Positions 12,298 through 23,759 of a stretch of 64,000 bases of DNA are shown here, piece by piece. The notes below the pieces were generated by a model, which saw only the letters and a program-made list of their open reading frames with translations, made no database searches and was not told the origin of the DNA. This DNA is from Squalus acanthias (taxonomy: Eukaryota), in NCBI GenBank assembly GCA_030390025.1, contig CM059432.1, forward strand, positions 94,552,001-94,616,000, in the 5' to 3' direction. How positions within the stretch are numbered: the first letter of the stretch is position 1; each line of letters opens with the position of its first letter. The position numbers and the translations under genes were made by a program.

Positions 12298-15079
12298 AGT
12301 CTCTTGGCAATCAAAGTTATGAAGGTCAAAAACCAAAGTACCTGCAAAGTTATGATCAGTAGCCAAAACTACCTCACACAATGTTGACTCAATGCAGAAG
12401 TCTTTCTTTCTCTCTCTCCGAATCTCTCGCTCTCTCTCTCAGAACGAGTGGTGCAAAAATGTCAACCACAGAGAAAGACAGGAAGTGGCCCCCTTTAAAT
12501 AGCGCCCCCCCCCCAGCCCCACAGCGACTGGGGAGCATTCCAGTCTTCCGGTCGTTGGTTGCGCCAGGCGGAAAGGATGGGGGCGCCACTCAATTTCCAC
12601 TCCAGGGCGCCACAAGGGCGTTGCACCCTCGTATGACATCAAGATCTGCGTGCGCAGGAGATCGCGGCGGTAAAGTTTAGCGCCGCCTGCAAAATGTCTA
12701 GTTAATTTTGCGAGCGGCGCAAACATCGCCGTGCCCGGGCGCTAGTTGCTTTGCGCCCCATTAGCGCCCTCTTAAGGCACTAACGGGAGGCGCAACGAAC
12801 TGAATTTTTCCCCCGATGACTCTATGACACCCTTCTTCTGAAGGCCGCCCCATCGAGGTCCTCATCTGAGTCGTGTGCAGCAGAACTCGCGCACGAACTT
12901 TGCCTCTGGGGTGCTAGCCCCTGAGCTACCCTATCCCCCTGGCCTTGCTGCAGCCCACTCCTGCCCAGTGCCTCACCCTGTGCAGATCCCGCATCTACAC
13001 TACCCTCTAAATTACGCGCAGTGCCAGTTTCTGAGCTAGTGTCTGCGAGTGTCAAATGCAGTGACATTGTGTCTTCTTCTCCACCCCCCTCGCTCTTCTC
13101 CATTGCCTCGGGGACATGCTGGACTGCTGCTTGTTCTTGGTTATCTGAAAGCAGAGAGGCACGAGTCGGGTTATGGTGAGGGGAAATCAAGATATGCATG
13201 CATACATCATCAGCAGCTTGTAAGTGAAAGAGATTGTGGGATGAGGGGGAAGTGGGATATGAGAAGAAGGATTAGGAATGTGTTTACCATTGTTGTCACC
13301 AAAGGCTTCAACTTCGTCCGTTGCCACAGCCTCAATGACTTCCCGTCCAATGATGTCGAGCACTCGCTCCTCCAGTTGGCTCAGGGCCTGTATGGCAACT
13401 TGCCCCCACCTGTCTGCCACTGCTCCTCACGATTGTGTGCGACCTTGGCTTGCAAGAGAAAGAGGAGTGTGTGATTGAGTGTGGTGCAATGTGTTTGGGT
13501 GATGTGCCTGCCATAGTTGAATAGCTGTCAGTGTGTGCAAGGTGTGAGATATGGGTGTGAGTGCTGCAGCAGTGGTACGGTTGTGAGTGTGAAGTGAAGC
13601 TATGTTTGTGAGGTCTGAGTGGTGATAGCTACAGATTGTTGTGAGTGCTGGAGGTGTGGTGCATTGAGCAGTGTGTGAGGCTTGTGGTGCAGATGGTGGG
13701 ATATGGCATTTGCTGAAGCCTTCACTCACCTTGACCTGCCATGTGAGGTCATTAAATTTCTTGCGGTATTGGATGGATGACCTGGGGACCACACTAGTGG
13801 CTGTCACATAATCAGATATCTCCCACCACAGCCTTCTGAGCGTATGAGCCGATGGCTTCCTGCCGGCTTGCGGGAAGACCCGCCTCCTCTCCACAGCCAT
13901 CACCAGTGCCTCGAGAGCCACGTTTGAGAAGTGTCTTGCTCTCCCCCTGTGCTGAGTCTCAGCCATCTCTTTGTAGTTGGTTGTGGTTCCGAGTGGAGTT
14001 CTCAGTGGAATGACAATGATGTGCTGTTGCATCAATGCGCCTCCCCTTTAAGTACTGGAGAAAGACTAGGCCAAACATGACTTGGAATTAGACTGCACCC
14101 GATATTAGCCCACCTGTTGAGCGGTAAGCCAATGAGCAGCAGTTTTAGCGCAGAGATCAGCACTATAATCATGTTAATGACCACCGAGCACGAATTTTGC
14201 GTGCTACCTAAACTAGTTTGACCTGGCGCAGCTTAATAGCGCTGGGCCCTGACACCGCCCATTTTCATGCCATATCCAATTTCTAGGTCTTAATGTTCTA
14301 TTAAAAGTATATCAAGTAAAACAATGGCACTGAGCTTGCCAGCAAAAGCTGACAGAAATCAGCATTGGGCCAGAAGTGGGCCAGGAAAGTCGTATTGTTT
14401 ACATTTTGTTAAGACTCCTTGTGGTCCAGGAGGAGCAGAAGGGCTCCTCCTGGCCCAACAGGGAAACCTTGGGCCTCTTCTCTCCAGGCTTTTCCTCCCT
14501 GCGATTAGCCTGGACCCCTTCCTTACTTACCTTGTCAGGGGCCGTGCCCTTGGGTTCCCGGTATGGTCGGCGTCCCGCCCAATTTATCACTTCTGCCTGC
14601 AAGGTCTTACATTATTCAGTGCCAGCTTCAGGTGGGAAACATTGTAGAGAAGTGTAAATGAGGCTTTGGAATTAAAATGACCCAGGCCTCATGCCGAGGA
14701 ATCTGTGGGGGTTTCCGTCTCGCCCGCAACCCACCCTCACGAACACTCTCCGAGTTAAAATCGGGGCTTATATTTCAGCCTTCTTTTAAATCACTTAAAC
14801 ATTTCACCTGAGGAAGACCACTGTGGTTTTATTTTTAAGTAATTAAAGTGGAAGAACAGATAATGGTGATCTGCAACTACTGTAAAATATAACATGAAAC
14901 AGATTGTATAAACAGGCACTATGAAATGGAAACAAACTGTATGTGGGGTGAATGCATGAGAGATTGCCGAGGGCAGGTCTTCTGGAGATGACTTTTTTCT
15001 CTCAAATATTATGATTTGTGTTGGGAGCCAACAGTATTACACAATGCAGGGCGAACAATATCCAAAGTGGCAAACTTAA

Positions 15080-15235
15080 TAGAGTATTTACACCCAGTAA
15101 CAATATTCTTACAGTAGTTACACTAGTGACAAGGTTCATACAGTATTTATACGCAGTGACAAAGTTCATACGTATTCACATCCACAGAGAAAACATTCAT
15201 ACAGTGTTCACACCCACAGTGACAAAGTTTATATA
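15080..15235. repeat. Degenerate ~30-bp minisatellite (CAGTGACAAAGTTCATAC core)
   Basis: Core recurs about 4-5 times with substitutions. Confidence 0.5.
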
Positions 15236-15464
15236 AAAAATACTCACATTTATATGGCATCTTTCACAAACTCAGAACATCCCAGTGTTCCATAGCCAAT
15301 TAAGTACTTTTGAATGTAGTCATTGTTGTAAAGTAGGGAAACATGGCAGCCAATTGCGTAAAGAAAAATCCCACAATCAGCAATGAGATTGAAGATGAGG
15401 TAATGGGGTAGATTTTGACTTTGTAAAACAGGTGATAGCAATCGGCAGCCCGTTTTACATCTCT

Positions 15465-15702
15465 TGTTGTGGCTGCCGCGAAGCACGAATTGAGGCCGAG
15501 TCAATATGTGGAACACATGGCTTTTAATTACATCTCTTCTGGTCAAAATGGCTGCTACAACATTTCTCTGCAAAACCCTGAGGCCACGCCCACTCCTTTT
15601 TTCATGCCTTAAAGGCAGCATGCGCCTGAAAGGCAAGGTGCCCGATTTATTGTCCACGGTCGGAAAAGTGGATTGCGCCCGTTTAGGTGGCGATCCGCCA
15701 CA
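15465..15702 (-). repeat. 3' LTR of the Gypsy element
   Basis: 238 bp; 4 mismatches seen versus 17871-18108. Confidence 0.95.
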
Positions 15703-15720
15703 CAGCTCCCCCCAGAATCC
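15703..15720 (-). promoter_or_regulatory. Polypurine tract
   Basis: GGATTCTGGGGGGAGCTG on the minus strand, directly before the 3' LTR. Confidence 0.75.
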
Positions 15721-15722
15721 GC

Positions 15723-17399
15723 TTAGGAGGTGTGGACGAGACGGTGCGGCGGTCTGATGGGCCGGCCGGAGCGGCTCTTGTAGGACACCGGTGGACGTGG
15801 AACGGCCGGGCGTGGAGCAGCCGGGTGAACTGGCTTGAGGGCAGGTCGGCCGCATGGCGGTGGACGAGCTACAGGGACCTGCTCACCGGGCTCCGAGTGT
15901 GCTGGCTTGAGTCGGTCAAGCGACACTTTTTCGGTCCTGTCGCCCACTTGCAGGGTGAAAAATTTGTCCCCAGCCTGTAGCACCTTGTAGGGCCCGTCGT
16001 ACGGGGGTTGAAGGGGTCCGCGGTGGGCGTCGTGCCAGACGAAAACGAACCGTGCCTGGTGCAGGCTTAGTGGGATGTGTGAGGTAGATTCGCCGTGTCG
16101 GGCAATGGGCACCGGGGCGAACTGTAGCGCCAGTGGGGCGAACTGTAGCGCCGGTGAGGCGAAGTCGTGGCGTTGCTGGTCGGCTGACCAGGGTGTCGTG
16201 GCAGTGGGCAGGAACTCGCCGGGTACGCGCAGCGGCTGACCGTACACGAGCTCTGCTGCCGATGCGTGGAGGTCTTCTTTACCCGCGGTGCGCAGGCCGA
16301 GGAGGACCCACGGGAGTCGGTCGGTCCAGGCGCCGTCCTGGAGGCTGGCTCGAAGAGATGCCTTCAAGGATCTGTGGAACCGCTCACACAGTCCGTTGGC
16401 TTGGGGGTGGTACGCTGTGGTGCGGTGAATGGTCACCCCGAGATTGCGTGCGACGGCGGTCCAGAGTTCAGAGGTAAATTGCGGACCTCTGTCCGACGTC
16501 ATGTCGGAGGGGACGCCGAACCGTGCGACCCAGGTGCTGACGAAGGCTCTGGCGATGTCGGCGGTGGTGGTAGAGGTCAGTGGAATTGCCTCGGGCCAGC
16601 GCGTGGTGCGGTCAACGATCGTCAGCAAGTGCGTGTGGCCTTGCGACGGCGGCAGGGGCCCGACGATGTCCACGTGGATGTGGTCGAATCTACGCGAAGG
16701 GACGGTAAACTCCTTGAGGGGTTCTTTCGTGTGTTGCTGCACCTTGGCCCGTTGGCAGGCTAGGCAGGAGTTGGCCCAAGTACGCACATCCTTGCGAAGG
16801 CCGCTCCAGACAAAGTGGTTGGCTACCAATTTGATGGATGCGCGGGCGCCGGGGTGGGAGAAGTTGTGGAGAATCTCGAATACCCGGCGGAGCCCGGACG
16901 CTGGGACGACGGGCTGAGGTTGACATAGGGATACGTCGCACTTGACCGTGACTGCGGTCGGGCCACAGGCGACGTCGGCCAGGCGTAGCCCTGGTAGGTT
17001 GGTAGGTGCGGAGAGCAGATCAGGGTCGGTAATCTGGTCTGCTGCGAGTTGAGCGTAGTCGACTGCCAGGTGTGCAGCGTGGATGGCGGGGCGGGAGAGG
17101 CAGTCGGCTACCACATTGTCTCGGCCGGAGACGTGTTGGATGTCCGTGGTGAACTCGGACACTGCCGCGAGCTGGCGCTGCTGCCTGGCGGACCAGGGGT
17201 CGGTTGTCTTTGTCATTGCGAATGTCAGGGGTTTGTGGTCGACAAACGCAGCGAAGGGGTGGCCCTCCAGCAAAAACCGAAAATGGCGGACCGCCAGGAA
17301 CAGCGCGAGGAGCTCGTGGTCGAAGGTGCTGTACTTGATCTCCGGGGGCGTAGTTGCCGGCTGAAGAAGGCAAGTGGTTGCCAGGCGCCGTCGACCCAC
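15723..17399 (-). CDS. Gypsy pol C-terminal ORF: RNase H C-half plus integrase
   Basis: YSTFDHELLA, VDHKPL, NVVADCLSR; HHCC (H.FSHPG...CLACQ); DDE (HVDIVGP, SDRGPQF, NGLCERFHR); GPY motif. Confidence 0.85.
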   Translation of the reverse strand: MGRRRLATTCLLQPATTPPEIKYSTFDHELLALFLAVRHFRFLLEGHPFAAFVDHKPLTFAMTKTTDPWSARQQRQLAAVSEFTTDIQHVSGRDNVVADCLSRPAIHAAHLAVDYAQLAADQITDPDLLSAPTNLPGLRLADVACGPTAVTVKCDVSLCQPQPVVPASGLRRVFEILHNFSHPGARASIKLVANHFVWSGLRKDVRTWANSCLACQRAKVQQHTKEPLKEFTVPSRRFDHIHVDIVGPLPPSQGHTHLLTIVDRTTRWPEAIPLTSTTTADIARAFVSTWVARFGVPSDMTSDRGPQFTSELWTAVARNLGVTIHRTTAYHPQANGLCERFHRSLKASLRASLQDGAWTDRLPWVLLGLRTAGKEDLHASAAELVYGQPLRVPGEFLPTATTPWSADQQRHDFASPALQFAPLALQFAPVPIARHGESTSHIPLSLHQARFVFVWHDAHRGPLQPPYDGPYKVLQAGDKFFTLQVGDRTEKVSLDRLKPAHSEPGEQVPVARPPPCGRPALKPVHPAAPRPAVPRPPVSYKSRSGRPIRPPHRLVHTS

Positions 17400-17830
17400 T
17401 GCTCATACACGGTGCCAACCGCGTGGTTGGAGCCGTCCGTGGTGAGCGCTACCCTAGCATTGGGCCATGGGTGCGCGAGCAGGGTGGCGTTGGCGAGCGC
17501 GGTCTTGGTGGAGTCGAAGGCGGCTGACGCGTCTGCCGTCCATTTGACCGCCATCTTGCCGCTCCTGCCCCGGAGGGCTTCATACAGGGGCCTCATGAGG
17601 GACGCCGCTTTGGGGATGAAGCGGTTGTAGAAATTCACCATCCCGAGGAACTCCTGGAGGCCTTTGATGGTGGTGGAGCTACCGAGTGATGTGACGAGGT
17701 AGTCGTACTTCGTCCCATCTGTGGTGATGAGTTGCAGCCGGAATCGTGACTCGGCTTGGAGGAACCAGGCTTCGGGTTGGTTTTCCCAAAACTCCAGCAG
17801 TTTCACGGAAACTGCGTTCGTGTCCGCCAT
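17225..17830 (-). pseudogene. Gag N-terminus fused in frame to the RT connection/RNase H N-half
   Basis: FWENQPEAWFLQAESRF (gag N-term) runs directly into LQEFLGMVNFYNRFIP...TTDGS...PLAFFSRQL; frameshift near 17350. Confidence 0.8.
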
Positions 17831-17855
17831 TGCAGTGCTCGGAATACGTTCTGAG

Positions 17856-17869
17856 CGTCGGGGTCACCA
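17856..17869 (-). promoter_or_regulatory. Primer-binding site, tRNA-Trp type
   Basis: TGGTGACCCCGACG next to the 5' LTR, complementary to the recalled vertebrate tRNA-Trp 3' end. Confidence 0.8.
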
Positions 17870-17870
17870 A

Positions 17871-18108
17871 TGTTGTGGCTGCCGCGAAGCACGAATTGAG
17901 GCCGAGTCAATATGTGGAACACATGGCTTTTAATTATATCTCTTCTGGTCAAAATGGCTGCTACAACATTTCTCTGCAAAACCCTGAGGCCACGCCCACT
18001 CCTTTTTTCATGCCTTAAAGGCAGCATGCGCCTTAAAGGCAAGGTGCCCGATTTATTGTCCACGGACGGAAAAGTGGATTGCGCCCGTTTAGGTGGTGAT
18101 CCGCCACA
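17871..18108 (-). repeat. 5' LTR of the Gypsy element
   Basis: 238 bp direct repeat of 15465-15702, followed by the PBS on the minus strand. Confidence 0.95.
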
Positions 18109-18519
18109 CTCTCCTGATTTTTATTGCTATTGAAGATGTAAAACGGGCTGCCGATTCACGATCACCCCTTTACATTATTCCACAAAGTCAAAATCTACTC
18201 CAATCTGTTTTAGTGATGTTGGTTTAGAGATATTTGTTGGCCAGGAGAGTAGGAGAACTCCCCTGCTCTTCTTCAAATAGTGCCATGGGATTTTTTATGT
18301 CCACATGAGAGGGCAGACAGGGCCTCAGTTTAACAATGCTTCTGAAAGACAGCACCTTTGGCAGTCCAGAACTCCCTCAGCACTACCCAGAGTTTCAGCC
18401 TGGGTTATGTGCTCAAGTCCCTGGAGTAGGGCTCGGAGGCGAGAGTGCTACTCTGAGCCAAGGCTGATACCAAGGCTCTACCCAGGAACCTGAGTGTATG
18501 AATCACTAGCGTTTATAAT

Positions 18520-19317
18520 GGCCTAGAATTTGCGGTGGGTAATGACGGCAAACTACCAGCATTTGCCGTCATTACCCCTCTGAAACTGACCGCAAATTCA
18601 GGATTTATCGTATGCGCATCGAAAGGCAGAAATCCTGAAGTTGCGGTCAGTCATTCACTGCTCCGACAGTGGCTGCGCTATGGACAGCCAGTGGCTCAGT
18701 TGGTAGCACTCTCGCCTCTGAGTCAGAAGGTTGTGGGTTCATAGTCCTGCTCCAGAGACTTGAGCACAAAAATCTAGGCTGACACTCCAGTGCAGTACTG
18801 AGGGAGTGCTTCCCTGTCAGAGGTGCCGTCTTCGGTTGAGACTTTAAACCGAGGCCCCATCTACTCACTCAAGTGGACGTAAAAGATCCCATGGCATTAT
18901 TTTAAAGAAGAGCAGGGGAGTTATCCTCGGTGTCCTGGTCAATATTTATCCCTCAATTGTTTAAAATATTTAATTTAATGTAATTTTAACTCATTTTAAA
19001 AACGTGATTTAAAAAAAAATTTATTTAATGTTTTGATGACTTTTTTCAGTGATCCCCATTCATACTTTTGACAGGTCTATCTGTCAAAAGTATGAAGGAG
19101 GATTCCCTTCTCCCATTGGCTCGCCTGGCCTACGTGATCCCAGGGACGCTTGAGAACCGCATGCGCCCCTGGGATACGTGGGCCCTGCGCATTTCGACTG
19201 TGGAGAGGCCCAGGAGCGGAAGTGTCCAGACCTCGGGAGCCCTCAGGTAAGGGCGTAGATTTTTTCCCGATAGGAGGCATCCGTACGCAGGAAGCCTCCT
19301 ATCGGAAATTACGGGCC
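18520..19317. mobile_element. Composite of two Harbinger-type MITE halves around a DeuSINE fragment
   Basis: Left part resembles 53080-53240; right part resembles 35640-35976; ends GGCCTAGAATTTGCG / GGAAATTACGGGCC. Confidence 0.6.
18687..18956 (+). mobile_element. tRNA-derived DeuSINE-like SINE, 3'-truncated
   Basis: A-box GTGGCTCAGTTGG, B-box GGGTTCA, Deu-like GGTGCCGTCTTCGGTTGAGACTTTAAACCGAGG...GATCCCATGGCA. Confidence 0.75.
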
Positions 19318-19842
19318 ATTATATTTATTTACAATTCAATAGTGATATAAAGAACAAAACATTTTTCAAATACTAGAATATATTATAATTGATACACCAG
19401 ATGAGAGAGTCTGTCATCAGTCAATTACCCTTTATAATGTCTGCAGATTGAATGTAAAGCTCTCTTTATTTTCAATCAACAAAGTCTGTTCTCTCCACAG
19501 ATGCTGCCTAACCAGTTGAATGCTTCCAGCATTTTCTGGTTTTGTTTCATATTTCCAGCATCTGCAGTATTTTATTTTTTGTCCATTTAATCTCGTGATT
19601 ATTACATAAGTTAAACAAGGAATTCATACTATGCAAGCTGTACCTTCACTGTTTTAGCAGAATTTCATGACATTTTAATCACTCCATTTAATGCCTTAAC
19701 TGTGTTGGTGCACAGTAACTGGATGTTAGGATCGATGGTTTGCTCAATAGCCTAATACACGGAACATAGGAAATATATTCTGGTCATATCACTATTAAAT
19801 TGCGTGTTGATCTTTCCTACAATGGTCATATTTTAAGAAATA

Positions 19843-22255
19843 CAAGAAACTCTCGTTTAAACGGCAACTAAATATCCGGAATTCTCTATTAACCGGCAAA
19901 ATTCATACTCCGGAAACAACTCAATAACCGGCAATGTTGCCGAGTCCGAGTCTCCCACGAACGCCGAGTTAGTCAGTGGGGGTAGTTCTCCAAAGTGCCA
20001 CTACTCGGCTTCCTGGCGCTGTTGGAAGTCCGAACACCGCAGTAACAGGAGTCTGATTCTCCCGCGCTGCCGGGAGTCTCTTCTGATTCGCCATTTTACT
20101 GTGTGTCTCCCGCGCTGCCGGTACTCTCTTCTGATTCGCCATTTTACTGTGTGTCTCTCCATCTTTATCGTGAATTATCTCCCCCATCTTGCATTATGGA
20201 ATTCCCAAAAGTTGGTCCAAGCAAAAGGAAGAGAGTGGTGTTAACTTTAAAACAGAAAATCGAGATATGCCAACGACTAGAAAGGGAAGAGAAGCGTATC
20301 AACATTATGAATGAATTCAAAATCGGTTTGTCAACAATCTACGACATCAAATGGCAGAAGGATAAGCTGCTCAAGTTTTATTCAAGCTCGGAGACATCTA
20401 AGAGTGTAGAGAAACGGCGTACGCTTCGTAAGCCTAAGCTTGAAGAGCTGGATGCCGTGCTTTATGAGTGGTTTTCTCTTAAGCGTTCAGAGGGTGTTCC
20501 ACTTTCCGGACCCATGCTAATCGAGAAAGCGAAGGATTTCTACGTAAGGATGGAGCTCACTGACAAGTGTGCTTTCTCCGAGGGAAGGCTAATGTGCTTC
20601 AAATTATGGCACGGGATACGACGACTCGATATTTCCGGGGAGAAGAAATCAGCTGATCATGACGCCGCAGAAGAATACTGCAATTATTTCAATCGGATTA
20701 TGCAGCAACATGATTTGTCGCCAGCACAGATATATAATGCCGATGAAACTGGCTTATTTTGGAGGTTTTAGCCAGAATCAACGCTTGCTGGGGCTAGTGA
20801 GGCTAATACTTCAGGTTACAAGAAAAATAAAGATCGTGTAACCGTGCTAACATGTGCAAACACTGCTGGATCACACCGGGTTAAAGTTCTTGTTATTGGG
20901 AAGTATAAAAATCCCCGTGCATTTAAAAATGTGAGGCACTTACCTGTTGAGTACAAAGCTCAAAAAAATGCTTGGATGGATAAGGAAATCTTTTCGTATT
21001 GGTTCCATCATATTTTTGTTCCATCTGTGAGGGAACATTTCCGTAAAATAGGGAAACCTGAAGATAGCAAATGCATTTTATTGCTTGATAATTGTTGAGC
21101 CCATCCGCATGAATCCGAGTTGGTTTCGGGAAATATTTTCACCATTTATTTGCCACCAAATGTAACTTCTCTCATACAACCCATGGACCAGGGCGTTATC
21201 CAAAATCTGAAGTGTCATTACAAGAAAGACTTCCTACGTAAACTGATAAACCAAGATGACAATATTCATGCATTTCAGAAGGAATACAATCTTAAAGATG
21301 CCATCTATAATGTTGCATGTTCCTGGAACTTGGTGAAAGGTCACACTCAGAGGCAAGCCTGGTGCAAATTGTGGCCTTCTGTAATGTTTGCTGAAGGTTC
21401 TTCTTCAGGAGGAGGAATTTCATGGGTTCAATGTTCGGCCCAAGAAGAGTACAATAATGGAAATGGCCGGCATGGTGAAAAATGTAGGCCCAGCAAACCC
21501 TCTACGTCACCTCAGTGAAAGGGATATCAAGCAGTGGGTTGATGCAGATAGAGAAGTTGGTGTTGTGCATATGCTAAGTGATGATGAAATAATTGAGAAT
21601 GTTTTGAATCCAAAGAAAGAAAAGGAAAGTGAGATGGAAAGTGAAGAGGATGAGATTTCTGAAGAGAAGAAGATTTCTTGGGCTAAAGCTGCAGAAGGAT
21701 TTGCTTCAATCCTCCAATTTGCTGAAAGGCAGCCTTGCTACTCTGCCCAAGAAGTAATGCACCTCCATATTCTGCATTCCACCTTTCTACAGAAAAGGCA
21801 AGAGTCCACTAAGCAAGCAGACATCCGGGACATGTTTAAGAAAGCTTCCAAAAGAGTTGAAGCAGTGGAAGTGCCTGAAGAATCTGTTGAAGTGCATGAT
21901 CCTGATGACCCAGCTGGCATGGATATTCCTGATGAACCAGCTGACTTGGAATAAGTATAGTCAACTACAGTACTGTATACAGTCGTTTATAAGTTTTGTT
22001 TTACTGTTAAGTAATTAAAGAGTTATGGATTACCCTCAACAGGCAGTACTGTACTTAATCAAGCATCTTCCACCATCCATTTAACACAACATTCTGTAGG
22101 TGAGTACCCAATTACTGTATACTGCACATTTCTTGATTTTTTTATTTTTGTTTGTTAAAAATAGCCTCGGTAGATAACCCTCTCTGTCATCCGGAATTTT
22201 TATTCAACCGGCACCACCCCGGTCCTGTCGGTGCCGGATACCACAGAGTTTCCTG
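19843..22255 (+). mobile_element. Tigger/pogo DNA transposon (2.41 kb)
   Basis: TA TSD (19841-19842, 22256-22257); imperfect TIRs CAAGAAACTCTC... / ...CAGAGTTTCCTG. Confidence 0.9.
20196..21954 (+). pseudogene. Tigger/Jerky-like transposase (CENP-B HTH + DDD domain), disrupted
   Basis: [29 protein letters not shown]; stops at 20769 and 21096; frameshift near 21410. Confidence 0.9.
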
Positions 22256-23759
22256 TATTACTTTATATGTTCAAAATCAAAGAAAATAGTTATATTCCAC
22301 ATCGTTGGTAAATATTGTAAAACTTTCTTTTTACTGTTTGGCAAAGCACGCAAGTACATAATGAGCACTCTGTAATTGCTTCAATCACTTCTGTTCGCCT
22401 CTATTCCTGAGCTATTCTTTGCTTACAGTGTAGATTGATCCAAACTGCGGATGCCTCTAAAAATGCCACTGAAGCTGCTACTTAGGTGATCCTGCTTAGA
22501 CATGTGCTTTCCCCAGTCAGCGAGGGTAATTTTGACTTTGGGCGATAGTGTAAAACGAATGATATTGAATCAGCCGCCTGTTACACATCTCTCCTGATTT
22601 TCATTTCCATTGAGGGCTCATTTCCATTGGGTCTCACCATTCAGGTGCGGAGATTGTACCCTGCGTCCCCTCCTGCTCCCAGGTTTTACACGTCATGCAG
22701 GCAGCGTACCCCTCTTTTCAACAAACTTAAATTTCAGTCAGGTGCAAATCTGGCATAAATGGCAGTATTTCTAGAACAGGTTTTGCCTCATAATCCTGTC
22801 ATTTGCAGACATACACCACTTTACGGGCAGAAGTATCTTCTGCCAGCACCCAGTTCCACTGGAATTTATTGTGTATTTTAAAATGGGTGTAACTGTGGTG
22901 TATCTGACTTACACTCCAAATTCCAGCTCCTCTGCAGGAACTACACACATTTGCCTTCAGGTAGGTCCTGGGCTGGGGGCAATTGAGATGGAGGGGGGTG
23001 GGCGGTACGATCGGAAGGGAGGCAACTGAGCGGAAATGGGCAACAGTCTTTGGCCCTGCAGTGGAGCTGGGAGGAGCAGCAGTATTGGATGATTAAGCAC
23101 ACGATTTGCACCTGAAAAATGGGCATGCGCCAATTAATTTTGAGGCCTATCACGTTTAAGTTTAAAATGTACACGTTAAATGTTTTACATATGCTTTTTA
23201 AATAACTAAACTATCAGGATTTGAACCACAGCAACAGTAGTGGAAATTCTAACTGAATATTATGATATATCAATAAATCAAGTCAATTTTTTTCTGCACT
23301 ACACATTAATAGGTTCCTGTCAAACAAGCAATGTTCTCATCAGATACAGTACAACAGAAAGAACAAAGAGTGAGATAGCATAGTTATATAGCAGGGCTAT
23401 AATGCTCTTTTCTAAGAGGCACTCATGATTAAATGTGTAACATGTCAATGGTGTTATCAAAATCTTTGTATAAAGGAATCACTTATGAGCTGCAAGAACA
23501 CTTTTTGTTGACCTACATGGGCTTACTTAAAATCCAGTCAAACACTGAAATCTGTGATTACTGCATTAAGTCAAGAGACTGATAAATGCTGCACTTCATT
23601 GTCACGTTATTTAGAATCCAAGAAATTGGTGGCAGGACCATGTAGAACACCAGGAACATGAAGTATCATCTATTTTTTGCCAATTATTAAAATGCAGGCG
23701 GCACAGACCCATAGGCAGAAATACAAAAGCAATTATCATTAAGGTTTTAAGAACACTAA

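Larger units (their letters stand above)
8420..12814. mobile_element. Harbinger element B, full-length structure with convergent Myb gene and transposase
   Basis: TIRs GGGGGAGAAATTCA / TGAATTTTTCCCCC (14 bp, 1 mismatch); flanks TAT / GAT; GCGCC-rich subterminal regions; two convergent genes. Confidence 0.92.
6957..13966 (-). pseudogene. Harbinger A Myb/SANT (trihelix-like) DNA-binding gene; exons ~13966-13730, ~13449-13287, ~13144-12827 + ~7720-6957
   Basis: RHFSNVALEALV...W..I...RSSIQYRKKFNDL motif; exon 2 acceptor mutated and frameshifted; exon 3 split by the nested insertion (FRRR / MGMHTKLLGA rejoin across it). Confidence 0.78.
6572..14289 (-). mobile_element. Harbinger element A (non-autonomous, Myb/SANT gene only), interrupted by a CR1 fragment plus Harbinger B
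   Basis: Imperfect TIRs GGGGTAAAAATT / AATTTCTAGGTC with TTA on both sides (6569-6571, 14290-14292); internal Myb-like gene; no transposase seen. Confidence 0.78.
15465..18108 (-). mobile_element. Ty3/Gypsy LTR retrotransposon, internally deleted (2.64 kb)
   Basis: Two 238-bp TG...CA LTRs, CTCT TSD (15461-15464, 18109-18112), PBS, PPT, gag/RNase H/integrase remnants. Confidence 0.95.
15405..18201. mobile_element. Palindromic Harbinger-type MITE (~150 bp) interrupted by the Gypsy element
   Basis: TIRs GGGGTAGATTTTGACTTTGT / ACAAAGTCAAAATCTACTCC; AAT on both sides; related half-copy at ~22523-22612. Confidence 0.8.
15249..18475 (-). mobile_element. DeuSINE-like SINE split by a MITE/Gypsy insertion (pieces 15249-15404 and 18205-18475)
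   Basis: Reverse complement carries Deu-domain-like motifs (ATCCCATGGCACTATTTGAAGAAGAGCAGGGGAGTT) shared with 18687-18956. Confidence 0.65.

Noticed and set aside
7717..12826. CR1 3' transduction as the sole explanation of the CR1+Harbinger pairing
   Set aside because: The second locus has the Harbinger family in the opposite orientation with its own TAT duplications.
15723..17830. GC-rich segment as bacterial contamination
   Set aside because: It is bounded by LTRs, a PBS, a PPT and a TSD, and encodes Gypsy domains.
18687..18770. Functional tRNA genes at SINE heads (also 5910, 26929, 55612, 58345)
   Set aside because: A/B boxes continue into SINE bodies, and no complete cloverleaf or terminator was seen.
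20196..21954. Domesticated TIGD/JRK gene
   Set aside because: It has two stops and a frameshift, with TIRs and a TA TSD present.
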